Below are positions 23,849-33,672 of a DNA stretch of 64,000 bases, one piece after another; position 1 is the stretch's first letter, and every line of letters starts with the position of its first letter. The position numbers and the translations under genes were made by a program. The notes below the pieces were generated by a model, which worked only from the letters and a program-made list of their open reading frames with translations, made no database searches and was not told the origin of the DNA. The stretch spans positions 128,001 through 192,000 of the forward strand of contig CAVUWV010000008.1 in NCBI GenBank assembly GCA_963745075.1, in the 5' to 3' direction. Source of the DNA: Candidatus Hydrogenedentota bacterium. GTDB taxonomy: Bacteria; Hydrogenedentota; Hydrogenedentia; Hydrogenedentales; SLHB01.

Positions 23849-24676
23849 CTATCGAAAGCACGCCAGGAATTCCTGCACAGCGGCAAAGGCCTGAATCTCC
23901 GCATCTGATTTGCCACCGAGGAAGTGACCATAGCGAACCGGGCCATCGTGGGCAGGGCTCTCGAAGTTTCCCTGTAGTGACTCGATGGCATTCGTGAACG
24001 CATTCGCACCACGTTCCTCATCGGTTACCATGGCAGCCACACGTTGCGGACCGTCTGCTACCCATTGCAGCACGTATACGAGATCGTGCGCGTCCTTCGG
24101 CTCTCGCCTCCGGTCGAACGCGAGCGCCTTGAGTACAACGAATGGGACGGGCCGGCAAACGCGGAGCGTCGTCTTGAGGATTCCACCGCGGAGCGCGCGG
24201 CCTTTCAAAGTCACCAATTGCGGATCGGCAAGCGCCAGTCCCAACCCATCCACTTGGATGGCGCTCAGTTGGTGCTCTACTGCGCGCACGACTTCGGGAG
24301 GTCCATCGTATCGAGTCGTGAGGAAGTCGACGATGACCGGACCCGCGTCGTCTTCCATGACGAACGAGTGCCGTTGTTCGTTTCCCCTTGCGTTCGTGCC
24401 TGGGCGTAAACCAGCGTGTTCCAACGTCTCGCGTATCCCTGCGTACGCGCGGACATCTGCAGCCACAAGACTCACGGCGAGGTCGACGTTCAGCGTTCCA
24501 CAATACGGCGGCACACGATCGCTGATCTGCGGTACGAGATACCTTGGCGCCAAACCGCCGACCAAAACCAAATGATCGTGGTAGTCCGTCAAGCGGCTCC
24601 ATATTTCCAGCAGAACCTGCTCAACGCGTTCCGTTCGCGAGATCGTGTAGCCGGCAATATCGGCGGGCTTTGACAT
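23849..24676 (-). CDS. Putative nucleotidyltransferase toxin (AbiEii/MenT-like)
   Basis: LVLVGGLA...GTLNVDLAV, VDFL, LKALAF...R.EPKDAHDL; coupled to the upstream AbiEi-like gene. Confidence 0.75.
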   Translation of the reverse strand: MSKPADIAGYTISRTERVEQVLLEIWSRLTDYHDHLVLVGGLAPRYLVPQISDRVPPYCGTLNVDLAVSLVAADVRAYAGIRETLEHAGLRPGTNARGNEQRHSFVMEDDAGPVIVDFLTTRYDGPPEVVRAVEHQLSAIQVDGLGLALADPQLVTLKGRALRGGILKTTLRVCRPVPFVVLKALAFDRRREPKDAHDLVYVLQWVADGPQRVAAMVTDEERGANAFTNAIESLQGNFESPAHDGPVRYGHFLGGKSDAEIQAFAAVQEFLACFR

Positions 24677-25724
24677 CAGCCAGTCATCCGTGCGAAGTCC
24701 AGGTGCATTTGGCGGAGCGCATCGGCTTGTTCGAAGGCGCGGCCCGGCATTCGACTCAGATCGAGATAGAGTTGGGCATCCGAGACAATGTTGCCGCGAG
24801 TGGATTGCGTAACGAACTGAAAAACTCCGTCATCGTGAGCCGCGAGAAGGACAACATTGCCCGACTTGTCCACTTGAAATACGGTGTCGGAATCCGTGAG
24901 TGGTTTCGAAACGTACGCCATATAGGTTTCCGGGATCGCGTATGGCGCCCGGAGATACGCTCCGGTCCAACCGGTCCAGGCAAACTCCACTCCCGAGGTG
25001 TGTAATGCTTGGTGAAGTTTCTCAATGCCCTCATCGTAGGTTCGTGCGTTCATGGCGTAGTAGGTCCGCTTGTGCCGGTCGAATCGATAGTGAGCCCGCC
25101 AATCATCCAACAACTGCTCCGGGTCATCGAGGTACAGTAACTCGAACCGATCGGTGACATACTGCTGCTCGATTAACCGTTTGACTAGCGTGCTCACGTA
25201 ACCGGCACTTAGTTGGGTGACACGAGTAAGCTCGGCGCGGGTCCAATCTTTTTGCGGATAGCCATATAGAAAAGCCCGGACGATCCGGCTCGCTTTGGCC
25301 GTGAAAACGGTTCCAGCGGATGGCTCCGGCGTCTTGCTCGGAACAGGCCGAAAACGTTCGATGTATAGACCGGGCATTTGAAGGTACGCATTTCCTTCGA
25401 AATCAAAGACTCCAACACCTGCCTCTTTACACGCGTCGAGCAAGGACCGGCTAAGGCGTCGGACGCAAAATACCCCATAGAAATCCGGGCTCGCCCTGCG
25501 TGCTTGGCTTTGAGTGCGTATCCAATCTGACGTGGCGCTAGGGCTCCCCGATATTCGATTTGGAGTGTTTTACCAATGTCTGGGAGTTGCAGGTCAAGGT
25601 CTGAAAGGCCGTGCCGTGACAATCGGACAATGCGATCGAACCGGATGTGGGCGTCAGACAGTACGCGGGCGATGGCCTGAAATACCCGATCTTCGGCGTG
25701 CTGTGGCCCGGTCACCGTGCGCAA
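24676..25724 (-). CDS. AbiEi-like antitoxin/transcriptional regulator (DUF2186-like); frameshift near 25495, start uncertain
   Basis: IEYRGALAPRQI in one frame; then CKEAGVGVFDFEGNAYL, wHTH (FTAKASRIVRAFL...ELTRVTQLSAGYVSTLVKRL), GNVVLL, QLYLDL...GRAFEQA. Confidence 0.75.
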
Positions 25725-25756
25725 ACCATCATCTCCCGACTGTGAGTTCAAGATGG

Positions 25757-25806
25757 ATTATACAATATGGGATATCTTTCGGTAAAGAGAACCCATCCAT
25801 ATTGTA
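25757..25806 (-). promoter_or_regulatory. Sigma-70-type promoter overlapped by an inverted-repeat operator
   Basis: Minus strand TTTACC-N18-TATAAT (25786-25757); perfect inverted repeat TACAATATGG (25761-25770)/CCATATTGTA (25797-25806) in an AT-rich patch. Confidence 0.65.
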
Positions 25807-25954
25807 AATTATATTAATCTTTGTTCCGTGATTAGAGCATGAAATGCAAAATGGAGAAATCGATGCTGCAAACATACACAAGTCTATACGTACGTGCGAT
25901 CTTGCGTATGTCAGACGACTTTCACACTCAGGTCGGAATGTGGGCTTGCCCCTT

Positions 25955-27274
25955 CTACAACGCCCAGGATTCGTCTTCGGGTTCGACGACTTTTTCCTGC
26001 TGCTTGATGTAGAAGAGCGGGTCGGCGGTCGGGGGGACATTGGTGATGGGTTCGGCTTCGCCGGTACCGAAGAGGTCGGCGTAGTCGCCGTGGAAGCCGT
26101 CGCAGATTTTGCGGCAGGCGCAGCGTTCGCAGGCCTCGTGGTAGCGGTAACCGGCGTCGTACTTGGCGCGGATCATCGCTTCTTCGCGGTACATTTCGTC
26201 GGAACCGCGGACGGCCTGTTCGACGCGGGCGACGACGTGTTGCGCGCCGAAGACGAAGCGCGCCAGGACGGGTTTCTCCGCCGCGAAGTCGCGGACGCGG
26301 TGGGCGTGGCCCATGATCTGCCGGTCGCGGACGCCCATGCGGAAGGCCGGGACGAGGCCGCCTTCTTTCATGCGCTCCGGCTGCAGGCCGGTCCACATCC
26401 AGCTCTGGTAATCCCACTCGTGGTGGTCGTAGGAGAGCTGCTGGAAGTTGTAGAAATTCTTGCGGTGCCGTTCCTCAGCCATGCAGAGCGGCAGGTACCG
26501 GACGTTGCACTCGATGCCTGCTTCTTCGAGCATGTCCATGGCTTTCGTCAGCATCGGCTTGATGTCGGTGTACTTGGCCACGTTGTCGTGGGTGCGGATG
26601 CCGGTTTCCTGATCTTCAAAGGGGTTGAAGGCGAGGTAGTTCACCGCGTTCGCGCCGTAGTCAATGGCCTTCTGCGCGATGTCCGGAATGATCGGCACCA
26701 CCGGCTTGGACATGGTACAGTTGAACCGGAACGGCACGCCCAGTTCTTTCATGCGCTCGATGGCGGCGATGATCTTGACGTAGGCGCCTTTCTTGCACAC
26801 GACCTCGTCGTGAATGTCGCCGATGCCGTGGAGGCTGCACAGGAAATCGCGGACGCCGGCGTCCCGGAACTTTTCCAGGTTGCCGGGCTTGGCGAGGTGC
26901 AGGCCGTTGGTGATCAACGTGGGATAAAGACCGATGTCGCGGCAGTGCGAAATGAGTTCGAGGATGTGCGGGTAGATCGTCGGTTCGCCGCCCTGGATGT
27001 CGATGGACGTGCACCCGTAGAACTCGCGCAAGGTCGTGCACATCTGCTTGGCCTTGTCGATGTCCATGAAGGGGTGCTCGGGGTGATGGGCGTCGTCGAT
27101 GCGGTTCAGGAAATAGCAGAAGTAGCAGCGCAGATTGCAGGTCTGCCCCAGCCACATGACGGCGCGCTTGGTCAGGACCCGCTTCTTGGTCTTCTTCAGT
27201 TCAACGCCGTTCGCGCCGCGCGGGACGACCTTCGAAATTTCCGGGCTTTCTACTTCAGCAAAATCTGTCGACAT
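25955..27274 (-). CDS. Radical SAM protein with C-terminal SPASM/twitch-like Cys cluster
   Basis: CNLRCYFC, GGEPT, ITNG, LPLC, CERCACRKICDG. Confidence 0.9.
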   Translation of the reverse strand: MSTDFAEVESPEISKVVPRGANGVELKKTKKRVLTKRAVMWLGQTCNLRCYFCYFLNRIDDAHHPEHPFMDIDKAKQMCTTLREFYGCTSIDIQGGEPTIYPHILELISHCRDIGLYPTLITNGLHLAKPGNLEKFRDAGVRDFLCSLHGIGDIHDEVVCKKGAYVKIIAAIERMKELGVPFRFNCTMSKPVVPIIPDIAQKAIDYGANAVNYLAFNPFEDQETGIRTHDNVAKYTDIKPMLTKAMDMLEEAGIECNVRYLPLCMAEERHRKNFYNFQQLSYDHHEWDYQSWMWTGLQPERMKEGGLVPAFRMGVRDRQIMGHAHRVRDFAAEKPVLARFVFGAQHVVARVEQAVRGSDEMYREEAMIRAKYDAGYRYHEACERCACRKICDGFHGDYADLFGTGEAEPITNVPPTADPLFYIKQQEKVVEPEDESWAL

Positions 27275-27417
27275 GGAGACCTCTCCCCTATCAATGAATA
27301 ATTCCGGCTCAGGGTGTTTTACGACTATACCATGGAACGGCCGGTTCGCAGGCCGTTGGCCGCGGACACACCTACCCTTTCCAGCAACACACAAATCAAC
27401 CGGCTTGTTCCACCGGT

Positions 27418-29493
27418 TCAGCCTTCGCGGACCCGCACGCGCCCCGAAAAGAGGAGGTGGCGACCCGGTTCGAACCGGATTCGACCTCCCTCGGCCGTGC
27501 GCAACGCCTGCAGCACCCGAGATGACTGGACGTAATCGGTATTGATCGCCGTCATGCGGAAGGGCGCATCGTCCACAGTAACCTCAAGCATAACAGACGG
27601 TAAGGATTGTGACAAGGCTCTTGCCCAAGTACTTGGTGTGTAATCGTGGTTGGCGTGGCGCCATTCCATGTCGGATCGATCGATGGGCGGGTACTCGCCT
27701 CGTTCGTGGGTCGTTTCCCAGCGGTCGTATTCGGTGGGCAATCCCACGGAAACCTGGTATTCCTGCACCTCGACCGGGTCGGACGCCTCCAGCCAAATGG
27801 TCAATTCGACGCCATCTTCCCGAGGGACGAGGTCCCACTCCTGCAGGTACGGGAAGCGGCGGGAGCGGCCGGTGAGGATCAGGCGGTCTCCTTCGCGCGC
27901 CGCCCCCTCCCAGTGGAGGGTCTGGCTGTCGTTCCAGAAGTCATTGATAAAAAGGGAGTTGTAGATGTGGACGGCATGGGTCAACTCCCGGCCTTTCCAG
28001 TACAAGCGAACCATGCCCCGGTCAAACCGTGCCGTTGTGTCGCCGGACGACACGGTCCGGGCCCGGCGGTAGTCTTCGGCCAAACCGTCGAGCTCTTGGG
28101 TGGTAGCGCCAAGTTTCATGGTCAGGGTGAGTATGGGATGAACCCCGGGTTGAAGCTCCGCCTCGTCCGGAGGGAGGTCGCCACCCGCCTGGAGGGCTCT
28201 GCAACCCACTACGTAGTCGGTGTTTACCCACTTCATTTGGATGCCGTGCCGGGGCGAGTCCAAGTGGAAAAGCATTCCAGGTAGCGTTCCGCCTTCGTCG
28301 CCGGTCACCGCCGCATCCTGGATCTGGGGGTCGGCCCGGTGCATATTGACGAATATGTTCTGGCTGACGGGGATTTCGGGGAACCGGTCGTGCTGATCGC
28401 CGTAGTACCAGTGAGTGTATCCAACGGGCATAAAAAGGTTTACATCGATTACGTTTACCTTAACGGCGCGTTCGACCTCGAAGGCAATTTCCCAGACCAG
28501 TCGGCCGTTTTCAAAATGCAGCTTCCAAACTTGCACGATGGGAAGCTTGGCCATACGGCCCCGGGCGGTGCAACTGCCTTCGTTCCGTTCGACGATTTTC
28601 CAGTCTGCGCTGGTCGAGTAATGAATGTCGCCCATACTAGTCAAGTGAACCTGGAACCCGTTCGGGGCGCTCGCTTCGCGACGATCGTGGAACACGGCGA
28701 GCCGCCCGTTGCTGAAGATGGCTTCGTCCGGCCCTGAGTCCACTTTGTGGATGCCTTTTTTACGGCCCACCAGACGCAGGTAGTAGTCGATGGTGGCCTG
28801 GGCCGAATCGCGGACGATCATGGTCCCGTTGGTGAGCAGGATGACCCGTTCGCACAGGGTGTTGACGATGCTGAGGTCGTGGGACACGAAGACAATGGTC
28901 TTTCCTTCTTCGCGCAACTGGCCGATACGCTCCCGGCAGCGGCGCTGGAACTCTTCGTCGCCGACCGAGAGGACCTCGTCCACGAGAAAGACGTCCGGGT
29001 TCGCATGGACGGCGACCGAGAATCCGAGGCGCACATACATGCCGCTCGAATAGGTTTCGACGGCCTGATCGATGAACTCTTCGATGCCGGAGAACTCAAC
29101 GATAAGGTCGAACACGCGGTCAACGTCGGCGTGGTTCATGCCGAGGATGCGGCCGTTGAGGTAGATGTTTTCCCGTCCGGTCAACAGGGGATGAAACCCC
29201 GCCCCGAGTTCCAGGAGCGACGCGACCTTGCCGTTTACGGTGACACTGCCCCGGGTGGGTGCCGTTACGCCCGCAAGAATCTTTAATAAGGTGCTCTTGC
29301 CCGAACCGTTGGCGCCGATGATACCGACCGATTCGCCGTGATCGACGGTAAAGGAGATATCTTTCAGGGCGTCAAACCGGCCGGCGCGCTTGCCGCGGAT
29401 CCAGTCCCCGATTCCCCCGCGGCCGACGAGCATGCCGCGGCCCCGTTGGGTGGTAAAGGATTTGCCGACGCCTTCCAGTTCGATGAGTGCCAT
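27418..29493 (-). CDS. wzt: Polysaccharide ABC exporter ATPase with a long duplicated C-terminal domain
   Basis: [48 protein letters not shown]. Confidence 0.92.
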   Translation of the reverse strand: MALIELEGVGKSFTTQRGRGMLVGRGGIGDWIRGKRAGRFDALKDISFTVDHGESVGIIGANGSGKSTLLKILAGVTAPTRGSVTVNGKVASLLELGAGFHPLLTGRENIYLNGRILGMNHADVDRVFDLIVEFSGIEEFIDQAVETYSSGMYVRLGFSVAVHANPDVFLVDEVLSVGDEEFQRRCRERIGQLREEGKTIVFVSHDLSIVNTLCERVILLTNGTMIVRDSAQATIDYYLRLVGRKKGIHKVDSGPDEAIFSNGRLAVFHDRREASAPNGFQVHLTSMGDIHYSTSADWKIVERNEGSCTARGRMAKLPIVQVWKLHFENGRLVWEIAFEVERAVKVNVIDVNLFMPVGYTHWYYGDQHDRFPEIPVSQNIFVNMHRADPQIQDAAVTGDEGGTLPGMLFHLDSPRHGIQMKWVNTDYVVGCRALQAGGDLPPDEAELQPGVHPILTLTMKLGATTQELDGLAEDYRRARTVSSGDTTARFDRGMVRLYWKGRELTHAVHIYNSLFINDFWNDSQTLHWEGAAREGDRLILTGRSRRFPYLQEWDLVPREDGVELTIWLEASDPVEVQEYQVSVGLPTEYDRWETTHERGEYPPIDRSDMEWRHANHDYTPSTWARALSQSLPSVMLEVTVDDAPFRMTAINTDYVQSSRVLQALRTAEGGRIRFEPGRHLLFSGRVRVREG

Positions 29494-30362
29494 TACATGT
29501 AATCCGCAAAGACGGGTGCGCCTCGCCGGAACACGATTATTCCGATGACGAAGGAGCCGACCGCCCAAATCACCGGCCAGAACAACAGCGCGGGGTCGGG
29601 CATGGCATTGTCGAGAAAGGCTTGCCGGTACGCGGTGATAAGTCCGACCATGGGATTCGCCATGTAAAGCGTCAGAATCTGGGATCCGTACCAGCCGTGG
29701 CCGGCGGCCCAATGCTGCACGAAGGACAAGGGATAGAACAGAGGGGTGGCGTAGAAGCCCAAGGTCAGCACAACGTCGACCATGTAGGCCACGTCGCGAT
29801 AATAGACATTCAGGGCCGCGCAAAACAGCGAAACGCCGAGTGTGAACATAAACTGAATAACAAAAACAAACGGCAGCCAGAAAACTCCGAGACCAAGCAT
29901 GCCGCCGGAAAACAACTGGATGACCAGCAGCACGACGAATCCGATGGCGAGGTTGACCAGGGCAACGCCCATAGCCGCGATCGGCACCACCTCGCGTGGG
30001 AAATAGACCTTCTTCACGAGGTCATGGTTGCTGAGCAGTGACGTTGTGCAACTACTCAAACTCGTTGCGAAGAACTGCCAGAATATCAGGCCGCACAACA
30101 GCATGACGTAGAAAGGATGGTCGCCGCTCTCACCGGCTCCTTCGATCCTTCCCGGAATGATTACACCGAATACGAAGGTGAGGATTAGCATCAGCATCAA
30201 GGGCTGGAGCACGGCCCACACGAACCCCATGATGGTGTAGCGATAGCGGGCCCGCAGGTCTTTCCAGACCAGATCCCACAACAAACCGCGGCTATGAAGC
30301 AGATCGGGGATGACCCGGTTCAATTCCCATTGCCGCGCACTACTGTACATCGCCTGACTCAT
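29493..30362 (-). CDS. wzm: Polysaccharide ABC exporter permease
   Basis: KDLRARYRYTIMGFVW, KKVYFPRE, YYRDV, FYATPLFYP, NPMV. Confidence 0.92.
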   Translation of the reverse strand: MSQAMYSSARQWELNRVIPDLLHSRGLLWDLVWKDLRARYRYTIMGFVWAVLQPLMLMLILTFVFGVIIPGRIEGAGESGDHPFYVMLLCGLIFWQFFATSLSSCTTSLLSNHDLVKKVYFPREVVPIAAMGVALVNLAIGFVVLLVIQLFSGGMLGLGVFWLPFVFVIQFMFTLGVSLFCAALNVYYRDVAYMVDVVLTLGFYATPLFYPLSFVQHWAAGHGWYGSQILTLYMANPMVGLITAYRQAFLDNAMPDPALLFWPVIWAVGSFVIGIIVFRRGAPVFADYM

Positions 30363-30738
30363 GCGGCGAAATGGTAGCAACGGATGGGGGGGATTGCAAA
30401 GGAGGCTGGAAACCGTGGGCGACCAAGGCCACAAGGAGATCTTCGGGCACCCCGAAGTTTCGTGCCGGGAAACTTCGTTGGACAACGGCGTAGACAGGGA
30501 TTCGGTAGCGGAAGTATGAACTTCAACCGGGGACTTTACACGGCCTGGAGACGCGATGCAGATTGTGGGTGGTGGGCCGTGGTGTAGCGCCTATGTTCTG
30601 ACCGCGCCCCGCGCTCCTCTAGCCTCCGGTCTACGGGACTCCAGTCTCTTTCTCTTGTTTGTCGGAGTTTTGGCCGATAGAATGGTCGATCCTGCGGTGC
30701 GTATCGGTGGGTTCTTACCAAATGGAGAAAATTGTTGT

Positions 30739-32484
30739 ATGGCTGTGCAGTTGACCGCGTATATCGCGGCCGAGACGTTACGAGGTGAGTTGGCCGAGGA
30801 AAACAACCTGGCGGAAGCGGCCGATTTGATGCAATCCTGTCACATCGACCGCGTCGTTCTCGAAGGTTTTCGTTTCGGTAAGGTCGTGTCAGAGGAATGG
30901 TTACGCGCGGTGCGGGACTTTTTCGAGGGCCAGGGTTTCACGACGTTGGGGGGCATCATGCCGCTCTGCGGGGAGGCCTTCGGCAAGCAGGCGGAAGGCG
31001 TCGAGACGCGGCAACCCGTGTTCTGCTATAGCGATATCGAAACCGTCGATGCGCTGGAAGAGGAAGTTCGCAAGCTCGCGCGTCTGTTCAATCAGGTGGT
31101 CATCGACGACGGTTTCTTCACGTCGTGCCGGTGTGCGGAATGCACGCGCGCCTGTGTCGATGGCGATTGGGGGGCCATGCGGCGGCGGTTGTTGGCCGAC
31201 GTTTCGTCACGCTGGGTTCGCGCCGCTCACGAAGAGAACCGGCATGTCCGGATGACCGTGAAGTTTCCCCAGTACTATGACCGGTACCAGCGGTTTGGCT
31301 ACGACGTGATCCGGCTTCCCAAGATCTTTGATGCGGTCTGGCAGGGCACCGAAACGCGGGATCCCGACACGCTCGATTATGGCTACGTCGAGCAGTACCA
31401 GGGCTATTTCAATCTGCGCTGGATGCAGTTGTGCGCGGGAGAAAAGTGCGAGTCCGGATGGTTCGATTTCCTGGACTGCGACGGCCAGTTGTTCTTCGAC
31501 CAGGCCGTTACAACCTGCCTGGGTGCGCCGGACAACATCACGATGTATTGTTACGACAAACAGTTGTTTAATGGGAGCCGGATGGGACGGCTCGTCAAGT
31601 CCCGGGAGGGATTGGAAGCGTTGCGTGCGGCGGCGGTAAAACCGCGCGGCGTCCACGTGATCAAACCGGCGAATTCCAGCGGCGGACGCGACTTGTTCCT
31701 GTTCGACTACCTGGGGATGTTGGGTATCCCCTGCGTGCCGGCCAGGGAAATCTCCACTTCCATGCAGAGCATTATCGTCACGGCCCACGGTATCGAAGAT
31801 CCGGGCGTAGTGGATGCCATCCCCAAAGCCCTGGTCGCAGGCCGCCATGTGATTCTGACCTTCGATGCGCTGTATCGGCTGCGGGACAATTCCGACATTC
31901 TCGAGTTCATGGGGTATCGTCCCGCCGATCTCGTGCGGGCAGGCGCGGCCGTACGCGAATTCGTGATCGGCGGGAAAGCCTATCCCTGTGTTGAATCGTT
32001 CCGGATTCCGGGCGATCTGGCCCCCACCGATGCGGCCGTGCTCGCCTGGGCCGAACTGGATGCGAGCGAGGAGTTTCCCGCGCGCGTGCCGATGGTGACG
32101 GCAAAGTCGTACGCCAGCGGTGGCCGCGCCATCGTGTGGAACCTGGGGACGTTCGGGCACGACGATTTCGACATTCGGGAGCAGTTGAACGTGCCGGTCC
32201 GGTCGGATCTGTTCAACCTGCCCAAGCAAGTCATCGATTTCCTGCGCCAGACCGCGACCGCGCCCTACCGAATGACGATCAATGCGCCCGCGCGGGTGGC
32301 CACGTTTCTTTTCGACCGGCACGTCGCGTTCGTGAACTACGGCGCCGTCCCGGCCGAGGTCGAGGTGTCGGGCCTGGACTGGGTGCCGGAGTCGCTGCAA
32401 TCGGATTCGCCAAAAACCGTGTGCTCGGGGAACGCCCTCTTCCTGGCGACCCGGAGTTACGGGCTGTTGGAATCGAAGCGGTAA
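30739..32484 (+). CDS. Uncharacterised TIM-barrel glycoside-hydrolase-like protein
   Basis: IDDGFFTSCRCAEC Cys cluster, GTETRDP, LFDYLGMLGIP; fold assignment is inference. Confidence 0.55.
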   Translation: MAVQLTAYIAAETLRGELAEENNLAEAADLMQSCHIDRVVLEGFRFGKVVSEEWLRAVRDFFEGQGFTTLGGIMPLCGEAFGKQAEGVETRQPVFCYSDIETVDALEEEVRKLARLFNQVVIDDGFFTSCRCAECTRACVDGDWGAMRRRLLADVSSRWVRAAHEENRHVRMTVKFPQYYDRYQRFGYDVIRLPKIFDAVWQGTETRDPDTLDYGYVEQYQGYFNLRWMQLCAGEKCESGWFDFLDCDGQLFFDQAVTTCLGAPDNITMYCYDKQLFNGSRMGRLVKSREGLEALRAAAVKPRGVHVIKPANSSGGRDLFLFDYLGMLGIPCVPAREISTSMQSIIVTAHGIEDPGVVDAIPKALVAGRHVILTFDALYRLRDNSDILEFMGYRPADLVRAGAAVREFVIGGKAYPCVESFRIPGDLAPTDAAVLAWAELDASEEFPARVPMVTAKSYASGGRAIVWNLGTFGHDDFDIREQLNVPVRSDLFNLPKQVIDFLRQTATAPYRMTINAPARVATFLFDRHVAFVNYGAVPAEVEVSGLDWVPESLQSDSPKTVCSGNALFLATRSYGLLESKR

Positions 32485-32523
32485 CGATCGGCGTATCGCG
32501 GCCAGGAGCAGAAACGAGCAACC

Positions 32524-33549
32524 GTGCGCACTCCACTTCTTGAGTTACTTCGCTGTCCCGAGTGTATGGCTCAAAACGGGTTCGAGTTGCAGGACGCGTC
32601 GTCGAACGAGACGGAGATCTATTCCGGGCACATCGAGTGCCGGCAATGCCGTGCGCGTTTCCCCGTCGTTCAGGGATGTTGCGACTTGTTGCCGCATCCC
32701 TCTGCGGCGGTCGTCCGTGAACGGGAAGCCCAGGCGGGCGCTGAAGCGCGTACCCTCCAGAACGTGGACGGTTACGACGCGCTTGTTCGTGACGACCACG
32801 CCATGCGCGAGTTTATTTTGAGCTTGCCGGGCGGCTATCCCGATACGGCCTTGTTGGCGCCGACGGTGGATTGTGCCGTTGCATCGCTTGGCCTGACGGG
32901 CGGCGAAACCGTACTCGACGTGGGCGCGGGTATGTGTTGGACGACGGCGGCCTTTGCCGCGTGCGGGTGTCGGGCCGTGGCGCTGGATATCTCTACCCTC
33001 TATATGCCGCGCAGCCGTTTCTTCTGTGACGACGGACGGTATTTCGACCGGCTCATCGCCGATATGACTTCATTTCCGGTGGCATCGGGAAGGTTCGATA
33101 TCGTGTTTGCCAATGCCGCGATCCATCACAGCCCGGACTTGGCGAAAACATGGATGGAGATTGCGCGAGTCCTCAAACCCGACGGGCGAGCCATTCTGGT
33201 GAATGAGCCGGTTGCGGGCCGGTTTGAACGGCGCCGCGTTTGTGATTTTGGCAAGGACGAGATTGACGACGGGTTCAACGAAAACATCTACCGCCTTGGT
33301 GAATGGAAACTCGTCATTCAGGACAGCGGTCTGAACCCACGTTTTGAGATCCTTGCCGCGGGGATCGCCGAGAAGGTCAGGGCACGACGTGCCGCAGAGG
33401 CCGGGGCACCGGCGTTCCGGCGTCTGGCGCTGAGGTTGCTTGAGAATCGGGCAACCCGGTTCCTGGCACTGCTGTTGCTCCGGCCGCTCGCGCTGCGTTT
33501 CTACCCGTTCAATGTGGTCATAACGGCTCGGAAGCTGCCTTCGGAATGA
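32524..33549 (+). CDS. SAM methyltransferase with N-terminal Trm112-like zinc ribbon
   Basis: LLELLRCPEC...CRQCRARFPV; VLDVGAGMCW; AIHH; RVLKPDG. Confidence 0.85.
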   Translation: MRTPLLELLRCPECMAQNGFELQDASSNETEIYSGHIECRQCRARFPVVQGCCDLLPHPSAAVVREREAQAGAEARTLQNVDGYDALVRDDHAMREFILSLPGGYPDTALLAPTVDCAVASLGLTGGETVLDVGAGMCWTTAAFAACGCRAVALDISTLYMPRSRFFCDDGRYFDRLIADMTSFPVASGRFDIVFANAAIHHSPDLAKTWMEIARVLKPDGRAILVNEPVAGRFERRRVCDFGKDEIDDGFNENIYRLGEWKLVIQDSGLNPRFEILAAGIAEKVRARRAAEAGAPAFRRLALRLLENRATRFLALLLLRPLALRFYPFNVVITARKLPSE

Positions 33550-33588
33550 GCGGGGAAGCCGGTCTGGGAACGCACACGACGACGTACC

Positions 33589-33621
33589 GAGGGGCGAGCC
33601 ATCCGTGCTCGCCCCTCTTTT
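33589..33621 (+). terminator. Rho-independent terminator
   Basis: 11-bp stem GAGGGGCGAGC/GCTCGCCCCTC followed by TTTT, between convergent genes. Confidence 0.7.
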
Positions 33622-33672
33622 CGGCTAATTGAAACTGGTTCCCGTTGCGCCCCGGCTGGGGGACAAACCGGC

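Noticed and set aside
27465..27478. CCGGTTCGAACCGG as a tRNA T-arm or attachment site
   Set aside because: It lies inside the wzt coding sequence with no cloverleaf around it
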